Origin: Akkermansia muciniphila ATCC BAA-835
Lineage (GTDB): Bacteria; Verrucomicrobiota; Verrucomicrobiia; Verrucomicrobiales; Akkermansiaceae
Direction: 5' to 3'
NCBI RefSeq assembly: GCF_000020225.1
Contig: NC_010655.1
Coordinates: forward strand, 420,001-452,000
Length of the DNA: 32,000 nt
The position numbers and the translations under genes are program-made. This document shows positions 15,594 to 24,637 of the stretch, piece after piece (position 1 is the stretch's first letter; each line of letters begins with the position of its first letter). The notes under the pieces were generated by a model. That model did not search any database and was not told the DNA's origin. It saw only the letters and a list, made by a program, of their open reading frames with translations.

Positions 15594-16388
15594 TCAGAAC
15601 GTATATTTCAAATTGACGCCGTAATAGAAATCATCCCCCAGCCCCTTTTGCTTTACCACGGTCAGCGCCTGGCTGTAATTGGTGAACAATTCCACAGTCA
15701 GGCGCCCGGTAGCACGGAAAGTAACGCTCAGATTATAATCCAGAGCATTGGAACCATGGTGCACCACCGGGCCTACGTACCCCCCATTGTAACCGTAGCG
15801 CACTACGGCATCCACCCGCACGCAATCAGCTATTTCTTCATGCATCCCCGCAAATACGGCATAATAACCGCGGAACGTATGGTTGTTATACTGCCAGTAC
15901 AGGTCCGCGCCGCCAAACCAGCGGTCGGAAAAATGGTAGGTCGTTTTCAATCCGGGACGCGGGATTCCCTTATCTCCCGGAAAAACAAAGCTGTGCTCAT
16001 ACCAGGGCATGACCGTCCAGTTGCCCAGTTCCCTGACGTAGTCCAGCCGGTATTTCAGCTCCGCATGATTCCGGTGGTCCGTGGAAACGCCGTACCATAT
16101 TTTTCCCACCCACTCTTTATACTGTATTTCAGGAACAAACATGCAGAGAGAACCGTCCCACAAGTCCAAGCCCTCGCACTCGTACTTGCTGGCCCACCCC
16201 GCCTGAAATCGCAAATAAACACGCTCATCCGCAGGACCGGCCAGGGAAAGGGGGTGGGGGCATGCCGTCTTCAGGTGGTAGGACTGTTCCTGGCAGACCG
16301 CCGTCGCCCAGGCTCCGGGACACGCCAGCATACCGGTGTAGGCCGCCAGCGACAACAGAATTACGGTATTCATTTTCATATTGGTCAT
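15594..16388 (-). CDS. outer-membrane beta-barrel protein (family uncertain)
   Basis: Signal peptide MTNMKMNTVILLSLAAYTGMLACPGAWA, an alternating aromatic/polar pattern rich in Tyr/Trp/Gly, and a C-terminal ...YYGVNLKYTF ending in Phe. The start is ambiguous among ATGs at 16448, 16388, 16379 and 16373. I chose 16388 so that the signal peptide is N-terminal. Confidence 0.65.
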   Translation of the reverse strand: MTNMKMNTVILLSLAAYTGMLACPGAWATAVCQEQSYHLKTACPHPLSLAGPADERVYLRFQAGWASKYECEGLDLWDGSLCMFVPEIQYKEWVGKIWYGVSTDHRNHAELKYRLDYVRELGNWTVMPWYEHSFVFPGDKGIPRPGLKTTYHFSDRWFGGADLYWQYNNHTFRGYYAVFAGMHEEIADCVRVDAVVRYGYNGGYVGPVVHHGSNALDYNLSVTFRATGRLTVELFTNYSQALTVVKQKGLGDDFYYGVNLKYTF

Positions 16389-16605
16389 GGCTGGAAATTT
16401 TTCTGAAACGGCATATCCGGAAGCGGCGCCATCCATGCGTACCCGCATCCCGCTTTAGCCGTAAACGGATACTACGCCCGCACCCGGACAAATACCTTCT
16501 AAAGATGAGACCAGCATGAAAAAACAATATTCAGTTCCAAGAGCCAAAAAAACGAATTCCCCATGAAAGATTGTGTCAGCAGTCTTTGTACTTATAACCG
16601 TGTCC

Positions 16606-18603
16606 ATGAAATTCATTATCCCCGCACTCGCCCTGTCCGCCTGCCTTCCCGCAGCCTTCTCACAAGAACAAATCATCCCGAAACCGGCGGAAATCACATT
16701 GTTCACAGGAAGTCCGGCCCGTCTCACACCGGATTCCCTCATCATCACGGAAACACAGGACAAAGCTTTCCTGGATCAGGCAGGGCAATTGCAGCAGATG
16801 CTCAGCGCAGGGACGGGACTCCCCCTTCCCCTTAAACCGGCCGGGCAAGCGTCGAAAAAAGCCGCCTGCATTGTCATCAAAAAAGACCCAGCCCTGGCCG
16901 CCAGGGGAGAAGAAGCCTACTCCATCCAATCATCCCCAAGTGGAATCATCCTTTCCGCAGCCGATGCCAGGGGCATCTTTTACGCGGGGCAAAGCCTGGT
17001 CCAGATGATGCCCTCCGTCTTCCACGACCGGACGGGGGATAAATCCGCCGTCCGGTGGAATATTTCTGAAACTCCGTTCCGCATAACGGACTACCCGCGA
17101 TTCTCCTGGCGGGCGCTGATGATTGATGAAGCACGCCACTTCTTTGGCGAGAAAACCATTAAACAGATCATCGACCAAATGGCTCTGCTGAAAATGAACA
17201 TCCTGCACTGGCACCTGACGGACGACACAGGATGGCGCATTGAAATCAAGAAGTATCCGCGCCTGACCTCCATCGGCTCCAAACGCAGGGAATCAGAAAT
17301 CGGCACATGGAACAGCGGCAAGTCAGACGGAACGCCGCATGAAGGCTTTTATACCCAGGAACAGATCAGGGATATCGTACAATACGCAGCCCGCCGAAAC
17401 ATCACCATCGTTCCGGAAATTGAAATGCCGGGCCATGCCAGCGCCGCCGCCGTAGCATACCCCTTCCTGAGCCTGAAAACTCCCGGGGAAGTGCCCACAA
17501 CATTCATCGTCAATACGGCCTTCGATCCCACCTCGGAAAAAACTTATGCCTTCCTGTCCGATGTTTTGGATGAAGTCACGGCGATCTTCCCCGGCAGAAT
17601 CATCCACATTGGCGGAGATGAAGTGCGCTATGACAAGCAATGGAAGGGGGTTCCGGAAATTGAGGAATTCATGAAAAAAAACGGCATGAAAAGTTATGCG
17701 GACGTCCAGATGCATTTCACCAACCGCATGTCCGGCATTATTGCCCAAAAAGGGCGCCGCATGATGGGATGGAATGAAATTTACGGACATGACGTCAATG
17801 GGGACGGAGGAGGAAAAGCCGGCGCCAAACTGGATACAAACGCCGTCATCCAGTTCTGGAAGGGCAACACCAGCCTGGCTAAAAACGCCATCCGGGACGG
17901 GCATGACGTTATCAATTCCCTCCACACCTCCACCTATTTGGATTACAGCTACGGCAGCATTCCCCTGCAAAAGGCATACGGGTTCGAACCCGTTTTCCCC
18001 GGGTTGGAGAAACAGTACCATTCCAGAGTCAAGGGACTGGGCGCCCAAGTATGGACGGAATGGATTTCCACACCGGAACGCCTGCACTACCAGGCATTCC
18101 CCCGTGCCTGCGCCTTTGCGGAAGTCGGCTGGACTCCCGCTGGTAAAAAGGATTTTCCGGATTTCAAAAAACGCTTGAAAGCGTATAGCGAGCGTATGGA
18201 TCTGATGGGGATCAAGTTTGCCCGGAACGTCATCAGCCAAATAGACAAATCTGACTTTTTCAATACGCCCAGGATCGGCACATGGACGCCTGCCACCCTG
18301 ACCCGGGAGGAACATTCGTTTGACGTTACCAAACTGGTCAAAGCGTCCGGCAAACACACCGTCACCCTGCTGTACGACAAAGGCGCCCACGCCATCGAAA
18401 TCGAATCCGTAGCCCTGTATGAAAATTCCCGGGAAGTCTCCCGGGACGCCCATGCAGGCAGAAGCGGCGCCCATAAGGAAAATATCCAGTACATTCTGAA
18501 TGCCCCGGCCCCTAGGCAAGGAGCAACCTATACGGTCAAAGCAAACTTCAAAGGGGCCGGAGGCCGGGATTCCCACGGGACAGTGTATTTTGAAACGCCA
18601 TAA
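16606..18603 (+). CDS. GH20 beta-N-acetylhexosaminidase with signal peptide
   Basis: MKFIIPALALSACLPAAFSQ signal peptide. Motifs ALMIDEARHF, HWHLTDDTGWR and the catalytic HIGGDEV. A C-terminal ~110-aa beta-sandwich-like domain follows. The track start 16573 is a GTG; the ATG is at 16606. Confidence 0.92.
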   Translation: MKFIIPALALSACLPAAFSQEQIIPKPAEITLFTGSPARLTPDSLIITETQDKAFLDQAGQLQQMLSAGTGLPLPLKPAGQASKKAACIVIKKDPALAARGEEAYSIQSSPSGIILSAADARGIFYAGQSLVQMMPSVFHDRTGDKSAVRWNISETPFRITDYPRFSWRALMIDEARHFFGEKTIKQIIDQMALLKMNILHWHLTDDTGWRIEIKKYPRLTSIGSKRRESEIGTWNSGKSDGTPHEGFYTQEQIRDIVQYAARRNITIVPEIEMPGHASAAAVAYPFLSLKTPGEVPTTFIVNTAFDPTSEKTYAFLSDVLDEVTAIFPGRIIHIGGDEVRYDKQWKGVPEIEEFMKKNGMKSYADVQMHFTNRMSGIIAQKGRRMMGWNEIYGHDVNGDGGGKAGAKLDTNAVIQFWKGNTSLAKNAIRDGHDVINSLHTSTYLDYSYGSIPLQKAYGFEPVFPGLEKQYHSRVKGLGAQVWTEWISTPERLHYQAFPRACAFAEVGWTPAGKKDFPDFKKRLKAYSERMDLMGIKFARNVISQIDKSDFFNTPRIGTWTPATLTREEHSFDVTKLVKASGKHTVTLLYDKGAHAIEIESVALYENSREVSRDAHAGRSGAHKENIQYILNAPAPRQGATYTVKANFKGAGGRDSHGTVYFETP

Positions 18604-18636
18604 AAACACCGCCCCCGCCCCATACCAGAAACAGCA

Positions 18637-18663
18637 GGGGGGGCTTCACACAGAGCCCCCTTT
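18637..18663 (+). terminator. terminator-like hairpin after the GH20 gene
   Basis: GGGGGCT / AGCCCCC stem within G7CTTCACACAGAGC5, followed by TTT. It lies 34 nt after the stop. Confidence 0.5.
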
Positions 18664-18854
18664 ACTCCAACAAACGGAGCACAGCATCCGCAGACTCATG
18701 GTTACGGACACGAGCCTTTCAGTATCATTGGCCTCCCAAGGGCGCCGGCATGTCTTTTCATAGAGGAAGACGCCCCTTTCCATCAGGTGGCACGAAATTG
18801 ATACTTTAACCCACAGAAAGGCTTACCCTGAAATCAGCCTTGCCTTAACAAGGC

Positions 18855-18884
18855 TCCGGAGGTCGTTGCTTGCGAACCTCCGGA
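18855..18884 (-). terminator. hairpin downstream of the 176-aa gene
   Basis: TCCGGAGGT (18855-18863) / ACCTCCGGA (18876-18884): a 9-bp perfect stem with a 12-nt loop, about 60 nt after the stop at 18943. There is no clear U-tract. Confidence 0.4.
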
Positions 18885-18942
18885 ACCTGAACAACCGTGA
18901 ATCGGCGGAAGATGATTTTCATCCGGGAAAGCCAGACGGAAT

Positions 18943-19473
18943 TTACATGTTATCATCTACCACTTTTTCCACATACTGGAAAAAGATGCTTCCGTCCTCC
19001 CCGCTGATTCCATAGTCTCTGACATCCTCAATATTCGCATTCTTGATTCGGGTAATAATATAGACTTTGGAGTACAAAATCCCCCATTCCCCATACTTTT
19101 TCTTATCAAACCAGATATGGTGGTTATAGTATGGTTCAAAATAGATGGTGCCTCCGTCTATCGGATCGGAAATCGGGCCGGAATATTTGACAACAATATG
19201 GCTGATTCCCTTGTAACACCATTCCCTGCCGCATTGAGGATTTTTGGAAAGGGTGGTGCTCATTTCAATGGTGGTGTCCATGACATCATAGGACAACCTA
19301 TCCTCATCATGGTATTTGATTCCTTTTTGAGGCAGATTGAACTGATTTTTGATGATGACTCCATCATAAATGAGACGTCCCCCTTTCCATTCCGTCTTCT
19401 GCGGCACTGTTTCCCCTTTCAAGAGACAGATTCCTGAGAGAGAAACCATTATTGCACAGGCAATTTTATTCAT
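18943..19473 (-). CDS. small secreted hypothetical protein (176 aa), low-GC gene
   Basis: ATG 19473. N-terminal hydrophobic leader MNKIACAIMVSLSGICLL. Rich in Tyr/Lys/Ile. It starts 2 nt after the stop (19476-19478) of the upstream gene. No family recognised. Confidence 0.65.
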   Translation of the reverse strand: MNKIACAIMVSLSGICLLKGETVPQKTEWKGGRLIYDGVIIKNQFNLPQKGIKYHDEDRLSYDVMDTTIEMSTTLSKNPQCGREWCYKGISHIVVKYSGPISDPIDGGTIYFEPYYNHHIWFDKKKYGEWGILYSKVYIITRIKNANIEDVRDYGISGEDGSIFFQYVEKVVDDNM

Positions 19474-19475
19474 TG

Positions 19476-22052
19476 TTATTTTCTACTTTGTTGTTGTTTC
19501 AGCAATTCCTTATTGAGGAATTCTTTCATTTCCTGAACAGTTTTTTCAGGAGGGGTCTTCGCATCGTCCCGATACTGCCTCCAGTCGATGCGCAGCTTGG
19601 CCATCAGGCGCAATTCGCTGAGAGAAAAAGGAACAGTACCCGGGGCATTCGGCATGAAATCCCGGGACCTGTTGCCAATATAATAAATCTGGCTCTGCTC
19701 CCAAGAACGCTTCATGGTCTCATCGAAGGAAGCTCTCACACGGTCGTCGCTTACTCTGGCTTCCCACTGGAGGCAGTCCGCCAGACAACCACCCTCGGCC
19801 CGACTCTTCCGGGCCTGCCGCCACAGGGAAAGAATATACCTGTTCTGAAGACTGCACGCAGCCGGAGTAAGGTACTTGCGCGTATACTGCAACTCATACA
19901 GAGGCTTGCACACAGCCTTTTCCCTCTGTCCCAGAGTAGCTCCACTCACCCTTTCCGGAGTGGGGACAATACCGGCCAGAGCACCGGATACGTAATAAGG
20001 CAGTTCCTCAGGCATTCGAATTTCCCACGGTATTTTTTCATTCACAAACACGCCGTTTAAAATGGTATTAAAGGAACCGTTCCGGCAAATACGGAACAGG
20101 TAAATCCCCCCTTTCCTGCTCATGAACCTTTTATAAACCCCGGACCCCGCAAATCTGGAAACGCGTGTGCGCGCCTCCACCGGGTAGGAATACCACTGCT
20201 CCATGGATGCAGCAAGTTCCTTCCCCCAATTATTCTGTTCTCCTATCGCAAGATCCCCCTCAATATTGAACTGGAACACAAGGGGAGCGGTGGAAGGGTG
20301 CCTTCTGGCTTCCACCACGTAATCCCGCCTGGATTCATTGGTGAGATAACCGTTGGGATTGTAAAAATACAGGGCTATTTCATGGACACCTTCCGGCACC
20401 TCTACGGCTACCCATATATCGGGTCCGTCCACAAAGCCCGGATACACTTCTCCGTGGTCATCCCACTCCGCCTCTGTCCGCACGGAATCCGTAGGGTCGA
20501 AAAGAACGTTGCGGTTATCATTTTCCTTGATGCTGTGCACCCACCAGCGCAAAGCGTCCCCTTTCTTGCGGTTGAGCCCCATCAGCCCCTGAATCCAGTA
20601 GGGAGACAAGGCCCCCTTATATCCGGGATGTCCGGGAACGGAAGAAAGAGTACGGAACTTAATAGGCTTGGCTTTGAATTCGGAATTGCTCATGGGGGCA
20701 TTCGTGGCGCACAGCGTGGCACGCGTGTGCCCGTACTTCCCGCACCAGTCCCCTTTTGTAGTCCAGTCCTCCCCCCGGAACACAATATTCTTCCCCGCAT
20801 GCGCATCGGACCCCAGCCTTTCCAACCTTCTGAGCACCACAGAAGGCTCCTCCATCTGCGCCGGACGAGGGAACGGGACTTCATTGTCCATCTGTTCCCT
20901 GTCCAGTTTATAAGCCAGAGTCCCCTTTTTCAGACGAACAAAGCCCCGTCCGTATGTCGCCGCCCAAACACTCCCGTCCTGAAGCGCCAGCAAGGAAGGA
21001 ACATCCACGTTTTCCAGCCCCTTCCTTATTCTCTGATTCACCGTCATTTTTTCAGCATCCAGAACATCCACTCCCTGCATCCGGTAGCCGATGAAAATTT
21101 CCTTTTCCTGCTGGATAATGGAAGAAATAAAATCTTCAGACAACATTCTGGAATTCGACTCCCCCGGCACCGCAGTCTTCCGTGCGGCAGAACCATACAG
21201 ATGGTTGTTTTTCTGGGCATAATCACGCCCTCTCATATAACGCCAAGAACTAATGCCGTTACTGTACGCCAAGCCTGAGCAGGTACCTACCAACACCTGG
21301 CCCTTATCCGTACAAGTCAAAACATTGCAGATATTGGAAGGCAAACCATCACCATACGGCTGGTACGGCTGACGGGCGAATTGCCTGTTATCCCAGTACC
21401 AGGGAGCCTGAACATTTTTCCACTGCATATACTTTGACTGGCGCGAAGAGCAGGATACCCCGCCGCAAGCATAGGCCAGCCACAAATTCCCCCTGGTATC
21501 AAAACCTGCGGAAGCCGCCTGGTCTTCCACCAGGCCGGTGGACCTGTCCAGCGTCTTCCATGAATCGCCTGCAGGATCGTAAATGGATACGCCTCCGGAT
21601 GTGGTGACGGCCACCTCCCCGGAAACGGGAGAAATGGCCAAAGCATAAACATGCTCTCCATTCAGGGCATTGCTGCGGTCATACATCTTCCATTCCCTTC
21701 CGTTAAAAACGGCTACGCCGCTGTCATCCGTGCCCGCCCAGATGCGCCCCTGCCTGTCCTCCGCGATACAGGTGAAATTCTTTCCTTTGGGGAAACCGGA
21801 ATAATAATCCATATTAAGCCACGATTTTTCATATGTCCGGTCCCCAATCTGAAGGCGGTAAATGCTTTCTTTTTCTCCTACGGCCCAGATGGAGCCGTCG
21901 CCAGCTACCAGCGTGCCGCGAATAAAACGGACCGGACATTCCGGAAGTTGCTCCGGTATCTGGACGGTTACAACCTTTCCTGCCGCCCACGCCCCCAACA
22001 AAAGGAAAATCAACACAAATGTCCCTACGAAGTGTTTGAATTTAATCAACAT
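19476..22052 (-). CDS. secreted/anchored protein with N-terminal beta-propeller (two-component-regulator-propeller-like repeats) and unassigned C-terminal half
   Basis: Leader MLIKFKHFVGTFVLIFLLLGAWA. Repeats of the D..G.IW.GT..G type are present (CIAEDRQGRIWAGTDDSGVAVFNGREW, AGDGSIWAVGEKESIY, DTRGNLWLAYACGG, LQDGSVWAATYGRGFVRL). The ~450-aa C-terminal region has no motif I recognise. The track start 22058 is a TTG; the ATG is at 22052 (858 aa). Confidence 0.85.
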   Translation of the reverse strand: MLIKFKHFVGTFVLIFLLLGAWAAGKVVTVQIPEQLPECPVRFIRGTLVAGDGSIWAVGEKESIYRLQIGDRTYEKSWLNMDYYSGFPKGKNFTCIAEDRQGRIWAGTDDSGVAVFNGREWKMYDRSNALNGEHVYALAISPVSGEVAVTTSGGVSIYDPAGDSWKTLDRSTGLVEDQAASAGFDTRGNLWLAYACGGVSCSSRQSKYMQWKNVQAPWYWDNRQFARQPYQPYGDGLPSNICNVLTCTDKGQVLVGTCSGLAYSNGISSWRYMRGRDYAQKNNHLYGSAARKTAVPGESNSRMLSEDFISSIIQQEKEIFIGYRMQGVDVLDAEKMTVNQRIRKGLENVDVPSLLALQDGSVWAATYGRGFVRLKKGTLAYKLDREQMDNEVPFPRPAQMEEPSVVLRRLERLGSDAHAGKNIVFRGEDWTTKGDWCGKYGHTRATLCATNAPMSNSEFKAKPIKFRTLSSVPGHPGYKGALSPYWIQGLMGLNRKKGDALRWWVHSIKENDNRNVLFDPTDSVRTEAEWDDHGEVYPGFVDGPDIWVAVEVPEGVHEIALYFYNPNGYLTNESRRDYVVEARRHPSTAPLVFQFNIEGDLAIGEQNNWGKELAASMEQWYSYPVEARTRVSRFAGSGVYKRFMSRKGGIYLFRICRNGSFNTILNGVFVNEKIPWEIRMPEELPYYVSGALAGIVPTPERVSGATLGQREKAVCKPLYELQYTRKYLTPAACSLQNRYILSLWRQARKSRAEGGCLADCLQWEARVSDDRVRASFDETMKRSWEQSQIYYIGNRSRDFMPNAPGTVPFSLSELRLMAKLRIDWRQYRDDAKTPPEKTVQEMKEFLNKELLKQQQSRK

Positions 22053-23133
22053 AACCAACTATCTCCTGATTATTACAGGATAATATTATCGGTTTTTATC
22101 ACTGTCAACACCATTTTCAATTTATTGTCAAGTTTATCCAAATAAAATACGGCATAATCCGTTTAGAATTATACACATAAACCATTTAATATATGTTAGT
22201 TATATTAAAAACATCAATTCCAAGAAAATCCTCACTAATACTTTTTTATGCTTGGATGGGAAAATACAGGGAACAGGCCTGATAGCAACGTCCGGCATTC
22301 CGTTTTTTCAACATGTTTTCCCCGGTTATTCTCTGATTCAAATTTCAAACCTACCATGCGTTTCCCCATATAAAGTTATATTTACCGGCCTTTTTTGAGG
22401 CAGGAGAATAAACACAGCTCAAGATCCGAAGGAGAAGCCATCTACTCTTCCGAAGCGGCAATAGGAGGCAATATGGACGTTCCCGGAGGAGGGCTTCCCG
22501 ATGATGGCCAAAGAAAAAGAAAGTGTTGTCCTCACCAACACGAACAATTCTTCCGGACCTGATTCCAGCAACCAGTTCCGGCATAGTCACGCAGCACCCT
22601 TCCGACCATGAATGAGGTATTGCTTCATAAAGCGGGACTGACGGTCAACTGTATATTAAAGCCACCAAAGGAAAGGAGGGAGGAACCAGTCCGACAGGCG
22701 GAAAAGAAGAAAGCGAAGACAAAAAAGATGGAATAAAGCCCCCGGTTTTCTCCCTAGATGGCCTATCCGGGCGATGATAATAGCGGTCTGCAGGTTTCTG
22801 TTGAGCCCCAAGCCGGGGGTATGAAACACCGCCTCCCTAAAAGATACGGCCAAATTCACGACAGATAGAATTATGCCGTCCCGTACGTTCCTTCCTCATA
22901 CCCAGGTGCCAATTATTACTTCTAGATAAAAGGGAAAAACGAACCTCCCTGACCTATCCAACCCCTCCGGATTATTTCTGGAGAGGAAGGTGTTCCGTTC
23001 CACAACAAAGAAAAGGAACATATCATTCTGCATCCGGCCCATAGCAGAACAGCCTTTCCGCCCCGGATTACCTCCCTGGGGCTGTTGAATACCCTGCTGA
23101 AATATCGAAACGTATCAAATAAACACTTATTAA

Positions 23134-23182
23134 AGCTCCGCAGCCGTCAGGTCCACGCACAAACCTTGACAACTGCGGAGCT
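23134..23182 (-). terminator. hairpin downstream of gadB
   Basis: AGCTCCGCAG (23134-23143) / CTGCGGAGCT (23173-23182) forms a 10-bp perfect stem with a partly self-pairing 29-nt loop. On the minus strand it is followed by TTTAATAAGTGTTTATTT. It lies 55 nt after the stop at 23237. Confidence 0.5.
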
Positions 23183-23236
23183 GCGCTTACACACACTTAT
23201 TCATCCAACAAAAATCGCTCAGCAGAGCTTCTTCCA

Positions 23237-24637
23237 TCAGGAATGGTGGAAAGCCGTTCCTTCTTCCGCCGTCATCGGAGAAGAGACCGGGTGTTTCTCG
23301 AAGAAAGAGAGCATGCGCTTGTAGTCTTCCAGGAACAGGTCTGCCAAATCTTTGGAGAAGCCCTGGCGAACCATGACGCGCATCACCACCGTATCCTGAC
23401 AGTTGGCAGGGAGCGTGAAGGCGGGCACCTGCCAACCGCGGGTTCTCAGCTTGTCCGAAAGGTCAAAGAGCGTGTAGTTCGCACGGGCTCCATCCTTGAT
23501 GAAGAAGCAGACGGCGGGAATACCTTTTTCCGGATCGCCCGTACAAATGAATTCATACGGCCCCAGTTTGGAAAGCTCATCTGAAATGTACTTCGCTACT
23601 TCGTAGGCCTGTGTATGGATGTTCGTATAGCCTTCCTTGCCCAGTCGGATGAAATCATAATACTGGCAGATAATCTGTCCGGCCGGTCGTGAGAAGTTAA
23701 TGGCAAAATTGGGAATTTCCCCGCCAAGATAGTTGACATTGAAGATCAACCCTTCAGGCAGTTCGGAAATATCTCTCCAAACGACCCAGCCCACTCCGAG
23801 CGGAGCCAATCCGTATTTATGGCCGGAAGCACTGATGGACTTGACGCGGGGAATGCGGAAGTCAAAGACAAGATCCGGGGCGCAGAACGGAGCAAGGAAA
23901 CCGCCGCTGGCTCCATCTACATGGATGTCAACGCTGATGCCGGTCTTGTTTTCATAATCATCCAGGGCCTTGGCAATCTCCGCCGGCAATTCATAAGCAC
24001 CCGTATAGGTCACTCCGAACGTGGGAACCACAACGATGGTGTTCTCATCAATCTGTTCCAGCATCCGGTCAACATCCATCTTCCATTTTCCGGGCACCAT
24101 CGGGATTTCACGCATTTCAATATCCCAATAGCGGCAGAACTTGTGCCAGCAGATTTGGACAGGGCCGCATACCAGGTTGGGCTTGTCAATGGGTTTGCCG
24201 GCGGCTTTCCGGCGGGCTCTCCAGCGCCACAGGGCGGCCATGCCTCCAAGCATGCATGCTTCACTGGAACCGATAGTGGAACAACCAATAGGCTTTTCAT
24301 TCTGGCTGGCATTCCAAAGATTGGCAATAATGGCAGCGCAACGCATCTCAATAGCGGCTGTCTGGGGATATTCATCCTTGTCAATCATGTTCTTGTTAAT
24401 GCTGAGATTCATCAGCATCCTGACCTGCTTTTCATCCCAGGTCTGGCAGAAGGTTGCAAGATTCTGGCGGGCATTGCCGTCCAGCATCAATTCATCGGAC
24501 ACCAATTGGAAAGCGTCCTCCGCGCGCATTGCATAATCCGGGAACTCATCCTTGGGGAGAAGGTTATCTGCTTCCGGAGAACCGAAAATGGAATTTTCCG
24601 CCCGGGCTGTATCGGGTTTTTGATTTGGATCAAACAT
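23237..24637 (-). CDS. gadB: glutamate decarboxylase (PLP-dependent)
   Basis: The sequence aligns by eye with E. coli GadB: [30 protein letters not shown], and the PLP-lysine motif [22 protein letters not shown]. The C-terminal tail is ...TAFHHS. ATG 24637 gives 466 aa, the same length as E. coli GadB. The track start 24706 adds 23 non-homologous residues. Confidence 0.95.
   Translation of the reverse strand: MFDPNQKPDTARAENSIFGSPEADNLLPKDEFPDYAMRAEDAFQLVSDELMLDGNARQNLATFCQTWDEKQVRMLMNLSINKNMIDKDEYPQTAAIEMRCAAIIANLWNASQNEKPIGCSTIGSSEACMLGGMAALWRWRARRKAAGKPIDKPNLVCGPVQICWHKFCRYWDIEMREIPMVPGKWKMDVDRMLEQIDENTIVVVPTFGVTYTGAYELPAEIAKALDDYENKTGISVDIHVDGASGGFLAPFCAPDLVFDFRIPRVKSISASGHKYGLAPLGVGWVVWRDISELPEGLIFNVNYLGGEIPNFAINFSRPAGQIICQYYDFIRLGKEGYTNIHTQAYEVAKYISDELSKLGPYEFICTGDPEKGIPAVCFFIKDGARANYTLFDLSDKLRTRGWQVPAFTLPANCQDTVVMRVMVRQGFSKDLADLFLEDYKRMLSFFEKHPVSSPMTAEEGTAFHHS

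Noticed and set aside
17978-17993. Perfect tRNA-like T-arm, ACGGG-TTCGAAC-CCCGT.
   Set aside because: It lies inside the GH20 coding frame (…YGFEPVF…). No matching acceptor stem, D-arm or anticodon arm can be built from the flanks.
18788-18803. TGGCACGAAATTGATA, a sigma-54-like -24 box in the GH20/176-aa intergenic region.
   Set aside because: The spacing to the -12 region is one base short, and the invariant GC of the -12 element is replaced by GA. It would also drive transcription antisense into a convergent gene.
22351-22859. Minus-strand ORFs of 79 aa (22351-22590) and 67 aa (22656-22859) in the long spacer.
   Set aside because: They have no Shine-Dalgarno, no recognisable motif and odd composition. 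The second is the pyrimidine-codon (Phe/Leu/Pro/Trp) complement of a purine tract. I could not support either as a gene.
22550-23072. Short matches to conserved RNA motifs. These are CAGGTCCGGAAG (minus strand, 22561-22550; SRP RNA domain IV-like), GGAGGGAGGAACCAGTCCG (about 22675-22693; RNase P CR-I-like) and CCCCGGATTAC (23061-23071; RNase P CR-V-like).
   Set aside because: The SRP-like tetraloop cannot close with the flanking bases (UCC-GGAA-GAA). The RNase P-like strings deviate from the near-invariant AGGAAAGUCCGGGC, and the proposed P4 strands are not complementary. I treat these as chance matches, though a covariance-model scan should still be run.
23085-23435. ORFs 23085-23324 (+) and 23187-23435 (-) at the gadB 3' end.
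   Set aside because: Both overlap the gadB coding region or its terminator hairpin in other frames. Neither has a motif or a translation signal.
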